Numbered from the stretch's first letter, positions 20,440 through 30,586 are shown. The stretch: 64,000 bases of DNA from an uncultured delta proteobacterium (GCA_963727445.1 CAVSGI010000017.1:158372-222371); one strand, 5' to 3'. Notes: a model not told the origin generated them from the sequence alone. A program made the numbers and translations.

Positions 20440-21111
20440 ATGGGGAAAGAAGCCAAACATATCTGGGTGGTAGAGGATGATCCGGGCATCGCCAGCCAGC
20501 TGGTCCGGGGCCTTCGCAGGGCTGGTTTGATGGTCTCCCTCTCCACCCAGGACCTCGACGTCCGGGAGTGTCTGAGGGCCGAGCCGGACCTGGTGATCCT
20601 CGACCTGATGCTCCCCGACAGGAGCGGCTTCGAGATCCTCGCCGAAATCCGCGAGCGCTCCTCACTGCCGGTGATCGTGGTGACCGCGCGGGGCAATCTC
20701 GAGGACCGCCTCAAGGCCTTCGACCTCGGCGCTCAGGACTACGTCACCAAGCCCTTCTTCGTCGAAGAGGTGCTGGCGCGGGTGCGGGTGCGCATCGGCG
20801 GCGAGACCGAGCGCGACATCATCGAGTTCGGCGGCGTGCGCATGGACCGGACCGCTCGCGAGCTCACCAAAGACGGCGAGAGCCTCGCGCTCACCCCCTA
20901 CGAGTACGAGCTCCTCGAGTACCTCGTGGAACGCGCCGGACGCGCCATCTCCCGCGACGTGCTGTCCAAACAGTTGGTCCGCGGCAACCCCAACGCCAAC
21001 GCCCGCAGCGTCGACAGCCACGTCGCCAAGCTGCGCAAGAAGCTGGGCGACGAGGCCTCGGAGCACATCCGCACCATTCGCGGGCTGGGCTACCGCTTCG
21101 ACCCAGAATGA
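20440..21111 (+). CDS. OmpR/PhoB-family response regulator
   Basis: VVEDD, LDLMLP, TA, DYVTKPF and winged-helix SVDSHVAKLRKKL...IRTIRGLGY. Confidence 0.93.
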   Translation: MGKEAKHIWVVEDDPGIASQLVRGLRRAGLMVSLSTQDLDVRECLRAEPDLVILDLMLPDRSGFEILAEIRERSSLPVIVVTARGNLEDRLKAFDLGAQDYVTKPFFVEEVLARVRVRIGGETERDIIEFGGVRMDRTARELTKDGESLALTPYEYELLEYLVERAGRAISRDVLSKQLVRGNPNANARSVDSHVAKLRKKLGDEASEHIRTIRGLGYRFDPE

Positions 21112-22160
21112 GCCGGATGCAGATCGGCCGCTCGATATCGGTTCGCATCCTGATCGTCACCAGCGCCTGCGTGCTCTTCAGCGCGGTGCTCCTGAAGATC
21201 AGCGGCGCCGACCCCTTCGAGAGCGTGACCGGCGGGGGTCTTCTCGTCCTGTTGCTCCTGACCACCATGGTCCTGAGCCACGTGGCGATCATCCAGCCGC
21301 TGAACCGTCGCTTCGAGAAGCTCACCAAGCTCGCCGGCAGCGTCGGAAAGGCGGAGGAGACGGTGGAGCCCGAGGTGACCCACGACGAGATCGGCCAGGT
21401 CTCGCGGGCCCTGGCTGGCGCGCACCGGCGCATGCTCGATCACGAGCGCTTGCTCAGCGCGCAGTACCAGGCGCTCCGCATGAAGCAGATCAACGTGGCC
21501 CACGATCTGCGGACGCCGCTCACCTCGCTCCTGATGTCGCTCGAGAACGCCCGCGACGCCGCGATGAGCGCGAACGAGGATCCCGCGCCATCGATCCGCG
21601 ACGCCATGGCCGAAGCGCTCTACATGACGTCCCTGGTGCAGAACCTCCGAATCGCCAGCCGCATGGACGCGGGCTTCGCGAGCCTCGGCGCCCGCGCGCC
21701 CCTCGATCTGACGTCGCTGGTGCAGCGGGTGGCGAACCGCTTCCGCCTCCTCGCCAAGGGCGGCGGCACGGAGATCCACGTCGCCTATCCCGATGAGCCG
21801 GTCATGGCCCTCGGCGACGACACGATGATCGAGCAGCTGGTCACCAACCTGGTGCAGAACTCCCTGACCTATGGAGGCGGCATCGATCAGCAGATCATCA
21901 TCAACCTCGACGCCGAGGACGGCCGCTTCACCCTCGACGTCCTCGACGAGGGCCCGGGGATCAGCCCCGACGCCCTCGAGCTCATCACCGAGCGCTGGGT
22001 GCGCGGCGCCGCCGGCAAGGGACGCAGCAAGTCGGGACAGGGCCTCGGCCTGGCGATCGTGAGCGAGGTCGCCGCGGTCCACGACTGGACGCTGAAGCTC
22101 GAAAATCGCGAGGAGCGGGGCCTGAGGGCGCGCGTCGAAGGCGCCACCACCGCGAGCTGA
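21108..22160 (+). CDS. HAMP-domain sensor histidine kinase
   Basis: ATGA overlap with the regulator, two TM helices, HAMP DEIG, H-box AHDLRTPL, N-box NLVQNS, DEGPGI and GQGLGL. Confidence 0.9.
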   Translation: MSRMQIGRSISVRILIVTSACVLFSAVLLKISGADPFESVTGGGLLVLLLLTTMVLSHVAIIQPLNRRFEKLTKLAGSVGKAEETVEPEVTHDEIGQVSRALAGAHRRMLDHERLLSAQYQALRMKQINVAHDLRTPLTSLLMSLENARDAAMSANEDPAPSIRDAMAEALYMTSLVQNLRIASRMDAGFASLGARAPLDLTSLVQRVANRFRLLAKGGGTEIHVAYPDEPVMALGDDTMIEQLVTNLVQNSLTYGGGIDQQIIINLDAEDGRFTLDVLDEGPGISPDALELITERWVRGAAGKGRSKSGQGLGLAIVSEVAAVHDWTLKLENREERGLRARVEGATTAS

Positions 22161-22163
22161 CGC

Positions 22164-22754
22164 TCAACTCGAGCCGTGCGCGTCGACCACGGCCTTCATC
22201 GCCGCGAAGCCTTCCTCGATCTTGGCGAAGAAAGAGCTCCGGTGCGCGACCACGGTCAGGTTCGGATGCTTCGACCACAGCGCGAGGAGCGCGCGGTCGA
22301 TCCGGCTCGCCTCGACGTCGTCCTCGATGCGGGTGGGGTTGTTGCCCTCGATGCTCATCCCGCCGACCGCCGCGCTCTCGAAGAAGATGACGGCGTCGTA
22401 GCGAGCGAGCTCGGCCTCGAGGGTCGTGCCCATGGCCTCGAAGAAGTCGCCGTCCACGGGCCAGTAGGCGGCGCCATCGACCGTACCGCGATCACAGAGG
22501 AGGACCCGCTGTGGATGGAGGCTCGCGTGCAGGTCCTCCATGTTCTGCTGGACGTGGAAGATCGCCCGCTGCGCATGGCGACGGGCGTCGGTGGCCGTGG
22601 TGCGAGGAAAGCCGCCGCTGAAGAGCATGGTCGCCGCCTCGGGGACCGCGGCCACACGGTCCCCCAGCTCGCGTCGGAAGAGGTCGAGGGCGGTGCTCTT
22701 GCCACCACCGGGCCCCCCGGTGATGGCAATACGGCATCGCGTGTGCGTGCTCAT
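22164..22754 (-). CDS. AAA_28/NadR-type P-loop NTPase
   Basis: IAITGGPGGGKST Walker A, VPEAAT and LLCDRGTVDG. Confidence 0.8.
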   Translation of the reverse strand: MSTHTRCRIAITGGPGGGKSTALDLFRRELGDRVAAVPEAATMLFSGGFPRTTATDARRHAQRAIFHVQQNMEDLHASLHPQRVLLCDRGTVDGAAYWPVDGDFFEAMGTTLEAELARYDAVIFFESAAVGGMSIEGNNPTRIEDDVEASRIDRALLALWSKHPNLTVVAHRSSFFAKIEEGFAAMKAVVDAHGSS

Positions 22755-22769
22755 GGCCGGGCGCGTGGC

Positions 22770-24599
22770 TCAGCGCCGGCGGCGCCGCACGAGGGCGAGG
22801 CCGATCAGGATGCCGAAGAGCACCGTGGGGGGCGCGGTCTCGGAGCGGGACACCGAGCAGCCACCGCCGGGCTCGACGGGGGGCGGCGGTGGCGGTGTGC
22901 ACATGGCCACGGTGCCGTCGTCGGAGAGCACACACTCGAAGGCGCCTGAGCACGGAGCGTCGGAGCTGCACTCCTGGGTGCATACCCCACCGGTGCTGCA
23001 GATGCCGGAGATGCAATCGTCATCCACGGTGCAGGCGTCACCCACGACGCCGTTGGCCGGCGCGCAGATGCTGGAGTCGCCCACGGCCGTGCAGTCGAAG
23101 CCTTCGGGGCAGGGGTTTTCGTCGCTGCAGAACGTGGTGCACCAGCTGACGCCGGTGCGCGTCGCGCAGAACGTGTCGTCCATGCAGTCGCCGTTTTCGA
23201 TGCAACCGCCGCCGATGCTGGCGAGGGCGCCGCGGACGCAGAGCCCGTCGCGACAATGGAAGCGATCGCCCCTGCCGCAATCGGAGTCGGTGGTGCACGC
23301 ATGCGAGCAGTAGGAGAGCCCGGCCTCGCTCAGACATTCGCCCGAGGCGCACGCGTCGCTACCGTCGCAGGGCTCGCCGAGCCCGCGCGCGCCCACGACG
23401 ATGTGTTCGTCGACGCAGCCGCCGCATGCGCCCATCGCCGCCGCGCAGACCTCGCCGCCGAGGCACATGCCGTCGCCACCGCGGCAGGGCGTGAGGCAAC
23501 GCTGGCGGCCGTCGCCGGGGTCTGCGCAGAAGAGGCTCGCGCACTCGAGGTCATCGGTGCAGGGCGCGTCGACGCCGAGAGGCTCCGGCCGTGCGTCGGG
23601 CAGGGGCACGCAGAGGCCTTCGCATCCGCTGGTCCGCGCGCAGTACAGACCGGTCGCGCAGCTGAGCTCCGGGCGGAGTGGATCGCACTCGGTGGTGCAG
23701 CGGCGCCCGGCAGGGGTGTCGGCGCAGTTGTTGCCGAGGCACTCGTCGTCGAGGGCGCACTCGGAGCCGAGGGGAAGGCAGGTCTCGTCGACCTCGCCGT
23801 TGCAGTCGTTGTCGTATCCGTCGCAGCGCTCCTCGCCGTCGTTGAGGCAGGAGCCCGAGTCGCCCACCACCATGTCGATGAGATCGAGGTAGGTGTCGAC
23901 GCGGTTGGCGCCGGCGAGGCCGCCGGTGCCGCAGCCGGTGCCGCCGAAGGAGGTGATGGCGACGATCTCGTTCGTCTCGCTGAGGATGATCGGCCCGCCG
24001 CTGTCGCCCTGACAGGTGAGGTCGCCGGTGTAGAGCACGTTGCCGTCGATGTAGCGGATACGGCCGGTGGTGCTGTATTTGGTGCCGGCGTCTGCTCCCG
24101 GCGTCCGGCCGAAGCCGATGGCGGTGACGTCGTCGCCCACGAGCTCGCTCACGTCGCCGCGGTAGACGCCGATGGGATCGATGCCGCTCACCCCGGTGGC
24201 GAGGGTGATGAGCGCGACGTCGTTGCCGACCAGGCCCCGGAGCCGTGCGTCGTAGGATCCCGGCGTGGTGTGAACCTCGATGGCGTTGAAGCTCTGGCTC
24301 ACGTGATTGATCGAGTCGCCGATGCCGATGGTGAATGCGGCGGCGGGGTCGGGCGACGTGGCGTTCTCCTCCTGCACGCAGTGCTTCGCCGTGAGGATCA
24401 CGCGGGGGGCGATCAGCGAGCCGCTGCACATCCCGCCGAGGCGGCGGTTGTACAGGACGATGACCGCCGGGTTGTGGTCGAGGACCCCGTCGACGATGGG
24501 CTCGGCCCGCGAGCCGACCGAGCCATCACCGGTGGGCGCTGTGCAGCTCGCACCCGAGAGAAGAAGAGAAATAGCCCCCAAGAACGAAATCCACCGCAT
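22770..24599 (-). CDS. S1 trypsin-like serine protease with Cys-rich repeats and MYXO-CTERM-like tail
   Basis: IVDG activation site, TAKHC, NDVALI, CQGDSGGP, CDGYDNDCNGEVDE repeat, and GGGCSV + TM + RRRRR tail. Confidence 0.88.
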   Translation of the reverse strand: MRWISFLGAISLLLSGASCTAPTGDGSVGSRAEPIVDGVLDHNPAVIVLYNRRLGGMCSGSLIAPRVILTAKHCVQEENATSPDPAAAFTIGIGDSINHVSQSFNAIEVHTTPGSYDARLRGLVGNDVALITLATGVSGIDPIGVYRGDVSELVGDDVTAIGFGRTPGADAGTKYSTTGRIRYIDGNVLYTGDLTCQGDSGGPIILSETNEIVAITSFGGTGCGTGGLAGANRVDTYLDLIDMVVGDSGSCLNDGEERCDGYDNDCNGEVDETCLPLGSECALDDECLGNNCADTPAGRRCTTECDPLRPELSCATGLYCARTSGCEGLCVPLPDARPEPLGVDAPCTDDLECASLFCADPGDGRQRCLTPCRGGDGMCLGGEVCAAAMGACGGCVDEHIVVGARGLGEPCDGSDACASGECLSEAGLSYCSHACTTDSDCGRGDRFHCRDGLCVRGALASIGGGCIENGDCMDDTFCATRTGVSWCTTFCSDENPCPEGFDCTAVGDSSICAPANGVVGDACTVDDDCISGICSTGGVCTQECSSDAPCSGAFECVLSDDGTVAMCTPPPPPPVEPGGGCSVSRSETAPPTVLFGILIGLALVRRRRR

Positions 24600-24777
24600 C
24601 ACCACCTCCGAGAACCCCACGCACCGGATAGAGAGGGCACCCACGAGGGAGCACGTCCACCCACCCTGCTTGCGCTGCGTGGCTTTAGGACACGGCGGAG
24701 GAGCGGTAAAGAATGCCCCCCTTCAGGGGCAATGAGACGGCAACAGATCGCTTCTCGATCCCACGAAGCCGTGGAGA

Positions 24778-25755
24778 TCAGTGTCCGCGGCGCCTGCGCA
24801 GAATCAGGACGGAGAATGTGAGAAAAGACACGAGCGCCCGCCACGGCGCGCGCTGCGCAGCGGCCCCGACGGTGCAGGCAACGCAGCCCGATCCATGGGC
24901 CACGATGTTTCCGGTGCCGCCGTCGCCCGCATCGCCCGCGCCGCCATCGGGCGCGGCGGACGCGGCGCATTGGCCCGTGTCGTCGCAATGGCCGCTGAGG
25001 CAGCGCCGATCGCGATCGCAGACCGCCCCCACGCCGCCGGCCATCGAGCACTCGGTGCCGGCGCAGTAGCTGTCGGGCTCGCAGTCCTCGTCGACGGAGC
25101 ACGTCGCACAGGAGGTGTCATCCTGGCACACGCCGAAATCGCAGGCGACGGTCGCGGGGCCGCAGACGCCCGTCGCGTCGCAGAGCTGATCCGTTCGAAC
25201 CCCGTCCGCGCAAGAGGCCATGCCGCAAGAGGCGCCCGCCGGGGCCGCGGACCAGCCGTCAGGCAGGGTGTCGGGCACGCAGAGCTCGCAGGGCACATCG
25301 GGGTTGGGCTCGCCGTCGTAGCGGCAGGTGCCGTCGATCAGGCAGGCGCCGGCGCGGATGGGGTTCTCGCAGACGTCATCGGTGTCGTTGCAGCGATCGA
25401 TGGTGCACGAAAGTCCGTCGACGCAACCCCTCCGCGGTCCCGCCATGCAGAGCCCGGCTCCGTCGCAGACGTCTCCGTCGGTGCAGAACGCGCCGTCGGT
25501 GCACTCGGTGCCCATGGGGCGAGGCGGATGGTCACAGGTGTCTGTGGCCTCGTTGCAGACGTCGTCGGTGCACGCGACTCCGTCGAGACAATCGCGCGGT
25601 TGCCCGACGCAGGTGAGGGTCGTGTCGCATCGATCCGTGACGGTGCACCACTGCCCGTCGTCGCACGCGTCACCGGCGGCCATGCACTGTGCGCGCGCAA
25701 CCCCGGCGTTCAGCGCGCTGGCACAAAGCACGACGAGCAAGAGTGAAGAGCGCAC
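24778..25755 (-). CDS. Cys-rich repeat surface protein with MYXO-CTERM-like tail
   Basis: Repeated C.DG..CT.D.C units and a C-terminal GSGC...TM...RRRR tail. Confidence 0.75.
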   Translation of the reverse strand: MRSSLLLVVLCASALNAGVARAQCMAAGDACDDGQWCTVTDRCDTTLTCVGQPRDCLDGVACTDDVCNEATDTCDHPPRPMGTECTDGAFCTDGDVCDGAGLCMAGPRRGCVDGLSCTIDRCNDTDDVCENPIRAGACLIDGTCRYDGEPNPDVPCELCVPDTLPDGWSAAPAGASCGMASCADGVRTDQLCDATGVCGPATVACDFGVCQDDTSCATCSVDEDCEPDSYCAGTECSMAGGVGAVCDRDRRCLSGHCDDTGQCAASAAPDGGAGDAGDGGTGNIVAHGSGCVACTVGAAAQRAPWRALVSFLTFSVLILRRRRGH

Positions 25756-25803
25756 CGAACGATGGTGGCGCGCGAGGCTGTCACCGAGCAAGTTGCGCCA
25801 CGC

Positions 25804-26184
25804 TCACCGGCAGGTCAGGAGCTCGCAGTCCCAGACCTGACCGTCGGAGCACACGGGCGTGCAATCCACCTCGCCGCAGGAACCGCAGGTCATGCAGCAA
25901 ACCGCGCCGGGGGTATCGAGGCAGGAAGGCTCGCACTGACCCGGCGCCGTGGTCGACCCGTCCCCGGTCGTCGAGCCATCGGTGGAGACCGAGGTGTCGG
26001 CGACGGCGCCATCGCCCACGGCGGTATCGCCGACACCACCATCGAAAGATCCGTCGGCGGAGCCGTCGATCGTGACGGAAGAATCCCCGCCCGACGACCG
26101 CGGCCCCCGGTATCCATTGCCACAGCCGAACAGCAGGAAAGCGACCGCGAGGACGAGGCCACCTTTGAGCGCAGTAGAAGTCAT
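25804..26184 (-). CDS. small Cys-rich lipoprotein
   Basis: Lipobox LFGC, D/G/S-rich linker and a Cys-rich C-terminus. Confidence 0.65.
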   Translation of the reverse strand: MTSTALKGGLVLAVAFLLFGCGNGYRGPRSSGGDSSVTIDGSADGSFDGGVGDTAVGDGAVADTSVSTDGSTTGDGSTTAPGQCEPSCLDTPGAVCCMTCGSCGEVDCTPVCSDGQVWDCELLTCR

Positions 26185-26255
26185 GTCAGCTCCAGAAGGT
26201 TCGCGAGGTGCTACGCCACCCTAGCACGCCACCTTCCTTCGCGACCCGGCTCGCT

Positions 26256-27737
26256 TCAGCTCATCCAGTTGGCGTCGGGCTGCAAGCTCCACTTGGTCGT
26301 GAGCTTCTGCGTGCGGGACCAGAGCTCGACGCCGCCAGCGCCGGTCATGTCGCCCTGGCCGAAGCGCGAGGACTTGGCGCCGCCGAAGCTGAAGGGCTCG
26401 CGGGGGACAGGGACGCCGACGTTGACGCCCACCATGCCGGTGGGGACGCGATCGGCGACGTAGCGCGCGACGTCCCCGCGGCTGGTGAAGACGCTGGCGG
26501 CGTTGCCGTAGGGCGTCGTGTCCTGCAGGGCGAGGGCCTCATCGAGCGTCTTGACGCGGACGATGGTGAGCACCGGGCCGAAGAGCTCCTTGGTGGTGCA
26601 CTCCATCTCCATCGAGGCGTGGTCGATGATGGTGGGGGCGAGCCAGTTTCCCTTTTCATAGCCCGAGGGCGCCGCGGCGCCGCGGCCGTCGAGGCGGATC
26701 TTCGCGCCTTCGTCGGCAGCCTTCGCGATGTCGGCGTTCAGGCGGTCGAGCGCCGCCGGATCGATGATGGCGCCCATGTCGGTGCCGAGCTGGACCTTCC
26801 CGGCCTTTTCGATGATCGCATCGATCAAGTGATCGACGTTACCCACGGCGATCATCAGGCTGGCCGCCATGCAGCGCTGGCCGGCGCAGCCGATGAAGGA
26901 GCTGACCACGCCGTCGACGGTCACGTCCTTCTCGGCGTCGGGGACCACGATGAGGTGGTTCTTCGCGCCGCCGAGGCAGAGGGCGCGACGATCCTGCTTG
27001 GTGACGCGCTCGTAGACGGCGCGCGCGACCGGCGTCGAGCCGACGAAGCCGAGCGCCTGGACGTCCGGATGGTCGGCCAGGGCCTCCACCGCGTCGCGGC
27101 CGCCGTGGATGATGGAGAAGACGCCGGGCGGAAAGCCCGCCTCGACCATCAGCTCGCCGCTCATGTGCGCCGTCAGCGGCACCTTCTCGGACGGCTTGAG
27201 GATGAAGGCGTTGCCGAGGGTGACGGCGATCGGGTACTGCCACATGGGCACCATCGCCGGGAAGTTGAAGGGCGTGATGCCGGCGACGACGCCGAGCGGG
27301 AGGCGACGGGTCTCGCAGGTGACGCCGCGGCTCACCTCGAGGATGTTGCCCACGTCCATGTTCTGAAGGCTGAGGGCGTACTCGACGATCTCCACGCCCT
27401 TGAGGACACCGGCCTTCGCCTCGGCCACCGTCTTGCCGGACTCGATCGCGGCCGAGTTGCTCAGCCGGTCGATGTGCTCGAGGACGAGCTCGCGGAAACG
27501 GAAGAGCACCTGGGTGCGCTCCTTGATCGGCACCGCGCGCCAGGCGACCTGCGCCTCCTTCGCGGCAGCGACCGCAGGCGCCACGTCGGCGGCCTTGCTC
27601 ACCGGGATCGTCCCGATGACTTCGTTCGTGTATGGCGTGACGACGTCCATCCGCTCGCCGCTCTGGGCGTCGCGCCACTCACCGGCGACGAGGTTTTTGG
27701 CGACGATGGGCGTGTTCGGAAGCTCTACCAAGGACAT
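26256..27737 (-). CDS. mmsA: CoA-acylating malonate/methylmalonate-semialdehyde dehydrogenase
   Basis: ITPFNFPAMVP, LKPSE, FVGSTPVA, GGAKNH, GCAGQRCMA, ELFGP and GVNVGVPVP. Confidence 0.92.
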   Translation of the reverse strand: MSLVELPNTPIVAKNLVAGEWRDAQSGERMDVVTPYTNEVIGTIPVSKAADVAPAVAAAKEAQVAWRAVPIKERTQVLFRFRELVLEHIDRLSNSAAIESGKTVAEAKAGVLKGVEIVEYALSLQNMDVGNILEVSRGVTCETRRLPLGVVAGITPFNFPAMVPMWQYPIAVTLGNAFILKPSEKVPLTAHMSGELMVEAGFPPGVFSIIHGGRDAVEALADHPDVQALGFVGSTPVARAVYERVTKQDRRALCLGGAKNHLIVVPDAEKDVTVDGVVSSFIGCAGQRCMAASLMIAVGNVDHLIDAIIEKAGKVQLGTDMGAIIDPAALDRLNADIAKAADEGAKIRLDGRGAAAPSGYEKGNWLAPTIIDHASMEMECTTKELFGPVLTIVRVKTLDEALALQDTTPYGNAASVFTSRGDVARYVADRVPTGMVGVNVGVPVPREPFSFGGAKSSRFGQGDMTGAGGVELWSRTQKLTTKWSLQPDANWMS

Positions 27738-27912
27738 GATTTCCCCACTGACTCTCTAGAGACGAAGCGGGCAATCTGACCCGAGAACGGCGGGCGCGCC
27801 AATCAGGCCCTCGAGATGAGTGAAATCCGTCCTTTCGCCGTGGGGATGCAGCGTCTTGGTGAGGCGGTGGCCTGGGCGCGGGAAGCGCGTTTCGCTGCTC
27901 ACGGGGTCTAAC

Positions 27913-28165
27913 GGGGACGGTCTACACTTTTCAACTTTCGCCACATGCGCGGGGCACCAGCCGAAAGGGCTAACGGGGACGGTCTACACTTTTCAACTTT
28001 CGCCACGCACGCCCCATTTCCATCCGCAGGCGCGCGGCCCTGCCGAAAGTTGAAAAGTGTAGACCGTCCCCATCAGGCGCGGGGCCCTGCCGAAAGTTGA
28101 AAAGTGTAGACCGTCCCCATCAGGCGCGGGGCCCTGCCGAAAGTTGAAAAGTGTAGACCGTCCCC
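27913..28165. repeat. REP-like cluster: five copies of a 28-bp element in two orientations
   Basis: GGGGACGGTCTACACTTTTCAACTTTCG at 27913 and 27975; reverse complement at 28044, 28091 and 28138 (47-bp period). Confidence 0.92.
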
Positions 28166-28286
28166 ATCGCTGGCGGCCTTCGGCCGGCCACGGGTTTGAG
28201 CCTTTTCTTGGGAGCCTCAACGCACTGCCGGCTCGGGCCCGCTGCGCTCCCGTACGCTCTGCGGCCCCGAGCCTTCTCCTAGGGGC

Positions 28287-29831
28287 CTAGAGGCCGATCA
28301 TGACCGATGCGCTGCCCGAGGCCATGCCGCCCATGGCGCTGCCGCCCGCGGACGCGCCGGCGTTCAGCATCACCGACGGCGGCCGAACCTGCGCCGCCGC
28401 CATGTTGGCCGCGGCCTGGGCTTCGACCCGGGCGCGCTGCGCCTGGCCGCGGGCGTTCACCGCCGCCGCACGCGCGCGATCGGCCTCGGCCTGCGCCTGG
28501 GCCGCCGCCATGTTCGCCTGGGCGCGCGCCATTCCGGCCGCCGCGTGGGCCGCGCCCGCTGCCGCGTGGGCCCCACCCATGGCGCTCACGTCGACCTCGA
28601 CGTCGCCGCCGACATCCGCCACCGCCGTACCGCTGTGACGACCGCGCACCTCGGCGTTCGAAGCGAGACGCATCTGCTGGCCCGGCGGGATCGCGCCCCC
28701 CGCGCCCGACTCGAGGCGCGAACGCCAGGCCACGCCGAGATGACGGCCCGCGGCCACAGCGATGCCGCCGCGCTGTGCATGACCCTCGCGCTCGACGACC
28801 ACCTGGATCGGCGCGGTGCTCACGTCGACGTCCGCCGCGAGCTCCCCCTTGTACGCGCCCGCGCCCTCGTCCCAGGCGAGCATCACGGGCGCGTCCACAC
28901 CCGCGACCTCGACCGTGACGTCCGCGCCCGCCGTCACGGCTTCGCCGTTGGGCGCGGTCACGTAGGCCTCGAGCTGGCCGTTCGCCGCCGGGACGAGCTC
29001 CACGTTGAGGTCGCCCACCGCGACCACGTCGCCCTCGTGAGCGGGCGCCGCCACCGACACGTCGGCGAGGCCGGAGCTCTGCTCCTGGCCGTTGATGGTC
29101 GCAGCCAGGGAGAGGTTGCCGTTGGCGATCGTCGTGCCCTCGGGCAGTACGGCCACGAAGCCCGCGCTGGGCTCGTCCCACTGCACGGGCACCTCGACGG
29201 TCTGCCCGCCTTCGGCCGTCACGTCGACCTTCATGTCGACGTTGGCATCGGCGCCGAGATAGGCGTCGCCCTGCTTGGCAGCGATGTAGAGCACTCCGTC
29301 CGCCTCCGGGCGAACCTCCGCGGCGATGTCGCCGACGAGCACCACGTGACCGCCGTAGACCGGGGTCGGCGCGACCGCGACCGTCGGCGCGCTCGCCTCC
29401 ACCGTCGCGTCACCCTGGGTGACCTTCACCGTCGCGGGACCGGGCGCAGGCGCCGTGCCCGCCATCGTGCCCATGTACGCAGACGCCGAGGCATCCCAGG
29501 CCAGGGTCACGGTATGCGGCTGTCCGTCGGCGCCCTGCATCTCGACCTCGAGGTTCGCGTCCTGCACGGGCGCGCCCTCGGCGTTCGACACGAACGCCTT
29601 CACGACGCCACGCGCCTCGGGGCGGAGCTCGACGCCGAACTGTCCGACCGCCATCCGAAGTCCGCCGATCCGCGAGGCGATGGAAGCGAGGTCGATCGCT
29701 GGCGCCGGCGGCACCTCTTCGGCCTCGACTTCGGGCTCTGCGTTGGTGTTCGAGGGGTCTTCTTGTGCTGGCTCGTCGCAAGCCATGGCCAGGGCGAGGG
29801 CGAGGAGCGTGAGGGTCTTGATGTGTTTCAT
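28287..29831 (-). CDS. lipoprotein with three internal repeated beta domains and an Ala-rich tail
   Basis: Lipobox AMAC and a three-fold repeat VELxP...G.v.ayV....G......V.L.WD....aY.G. Confidence 0.7.
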   Translation of the reverse strand: MKHIKTLTLLALALAMACDEPAQEDPSNTNAEPEVEAEEVPPAPAIDLASIASRIGGLRMAVGQFGVELRPEARGVVKAFVSNAEGAPVQDANLEVEMQGADGQPHTVTLAWDASASAYMGTMAGTAPAPGPATVKVTQGDATVEASAPTVAVAPTPVYGGHVVLVGDIAAEVRPEADGVLYIAAKQGDAYLGADANVDMKVDVTAEGGQTVEVPVQWDEPSAGFVAVLPEGTTIANGNLSLAATINGQEQSSGLADVSVAAPAHEGDVVAVGDLNVELVPAANGQLEAYVTAPNGEAVTAGADVTVEVAGVDAPVMLAWDEGAGAYKGELAADVDVSTAPIQVVVEREGHAQRGGIAVAAGRHLGVAWRSRLESGAGGAIPPGQQMRLASNAEVRGRHSGTAVADVGGDVEVDVSAMGGAHAAAGAAHAAAGMARAQANMAAAQAQAEADRARAAAVNARGQAQRARVEAQAAANMAAAQVRPPSVMLNAGASAGGSAMGGMASGSASVMIGL

Positions 29832-29943
29832 GGGGTCTCCTGGACCGGCGAGCATATCGAATCACGCCCCGGACCGAAGTCGCCGAATGGGTGCAGAAGA
29901 GAAAGACCGTTGTCATTGAAATCCTTCAGTATTCGCTTCGGAC

Positions 29944-29979
29944 TTGAGTCCAGCCGCGAAGTTAGTGAATACTTACTAA
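29944..29979 (+). promoter_or_regulatory. putative promoter with TetR operator palindrome
   Basis: TTGAGT at 29944 and AATACT at 29968. The imperfect palindrome TTAGTGAATACTTACTAA (29962-29979) abuts the tetR ATG. Confidence 0.55.
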
Positions 29980-30585
29980 ATGTCCTCTTCAGGCCGCCTG
30001 AGCTCCGAAGCCCGCAAGGGTTCCATCATGACGGCGGCGATCGAGGTCTTCGCCGACGGCGGTTTTCGTGGGACCACCACCGCGGCCCTGGCGAAGGCCG
30101 CCGGGATCACCGAGGCCCTGCTCTACCGACACTTTCGGAGCAAGAAGCACCTCTTCATCGGTGCAGTGGAGAAGGTCCTCTCCGCCGTCGACGCCGAGGT
30201 GAAGAAGAATCTCGAGGCGCACGCCCATCCGGCCGAAGCGCTCTCGGCGCTCCTCCTCTACTTCCAGAACGAGCTCCGCCACAACCCCGAGCTCGGTCAG
30301 CTCACCTACGCGGTGACCGGTGAGCTCGGCGATCCCGACATGCGTGCGGTCTACCTCCGCTATCAGGATCGGATCCTCGGGCGCATCGAGGACGCAATCC
30401 GGGGCTGGGAGCGCGACGGCTACGTCAAGAGCGGCGTCGATGCGCGCGCGGCCGCGTGGATCATCCTCGGCGCCCACCAGACCCTGACCCTGATGCAGCG
30501 ATGCGACCGGCTCGACGAGATCGGACCGGAGCACGTGCGAGCGTTCGTTTCGGCCTTCCTGGTCGAAGAAGAAGCCGAGGTGTGA
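29980..30585 (+). CDS. TetR/AcrR-family transcriptional regulator
   Basis: HTH motif AAIEVFADGGFRGTTTAALAKAAGITEALLYRHFRSKKHL. Confidence 0.92.
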   Translation: MSSSGRLSSEARKGSIMTAAIEVFADGGFRGTTTAALAKAAGITEALLYRHFRSKKHLFIGAVEKVLSAVDAEVKKNLEAHAHPAEALSALLLYFQNELRHNPELGQLTYAVTGELGDPDMRAVYLRYQDRILGRIEDAIRGWERDGYVKSGVDARAAAWIILGAHQTLTLMQRCDRLDEIGPEHVRAFVSAFLVEEEAEV

Positions 30586-30586
30586 C

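Noticed and set aside
27913..28165. 28-bp repeats as a mini CRISPR
   Set aside because: Copies occur in both orientations and the sequences between the reverse copies are identical.
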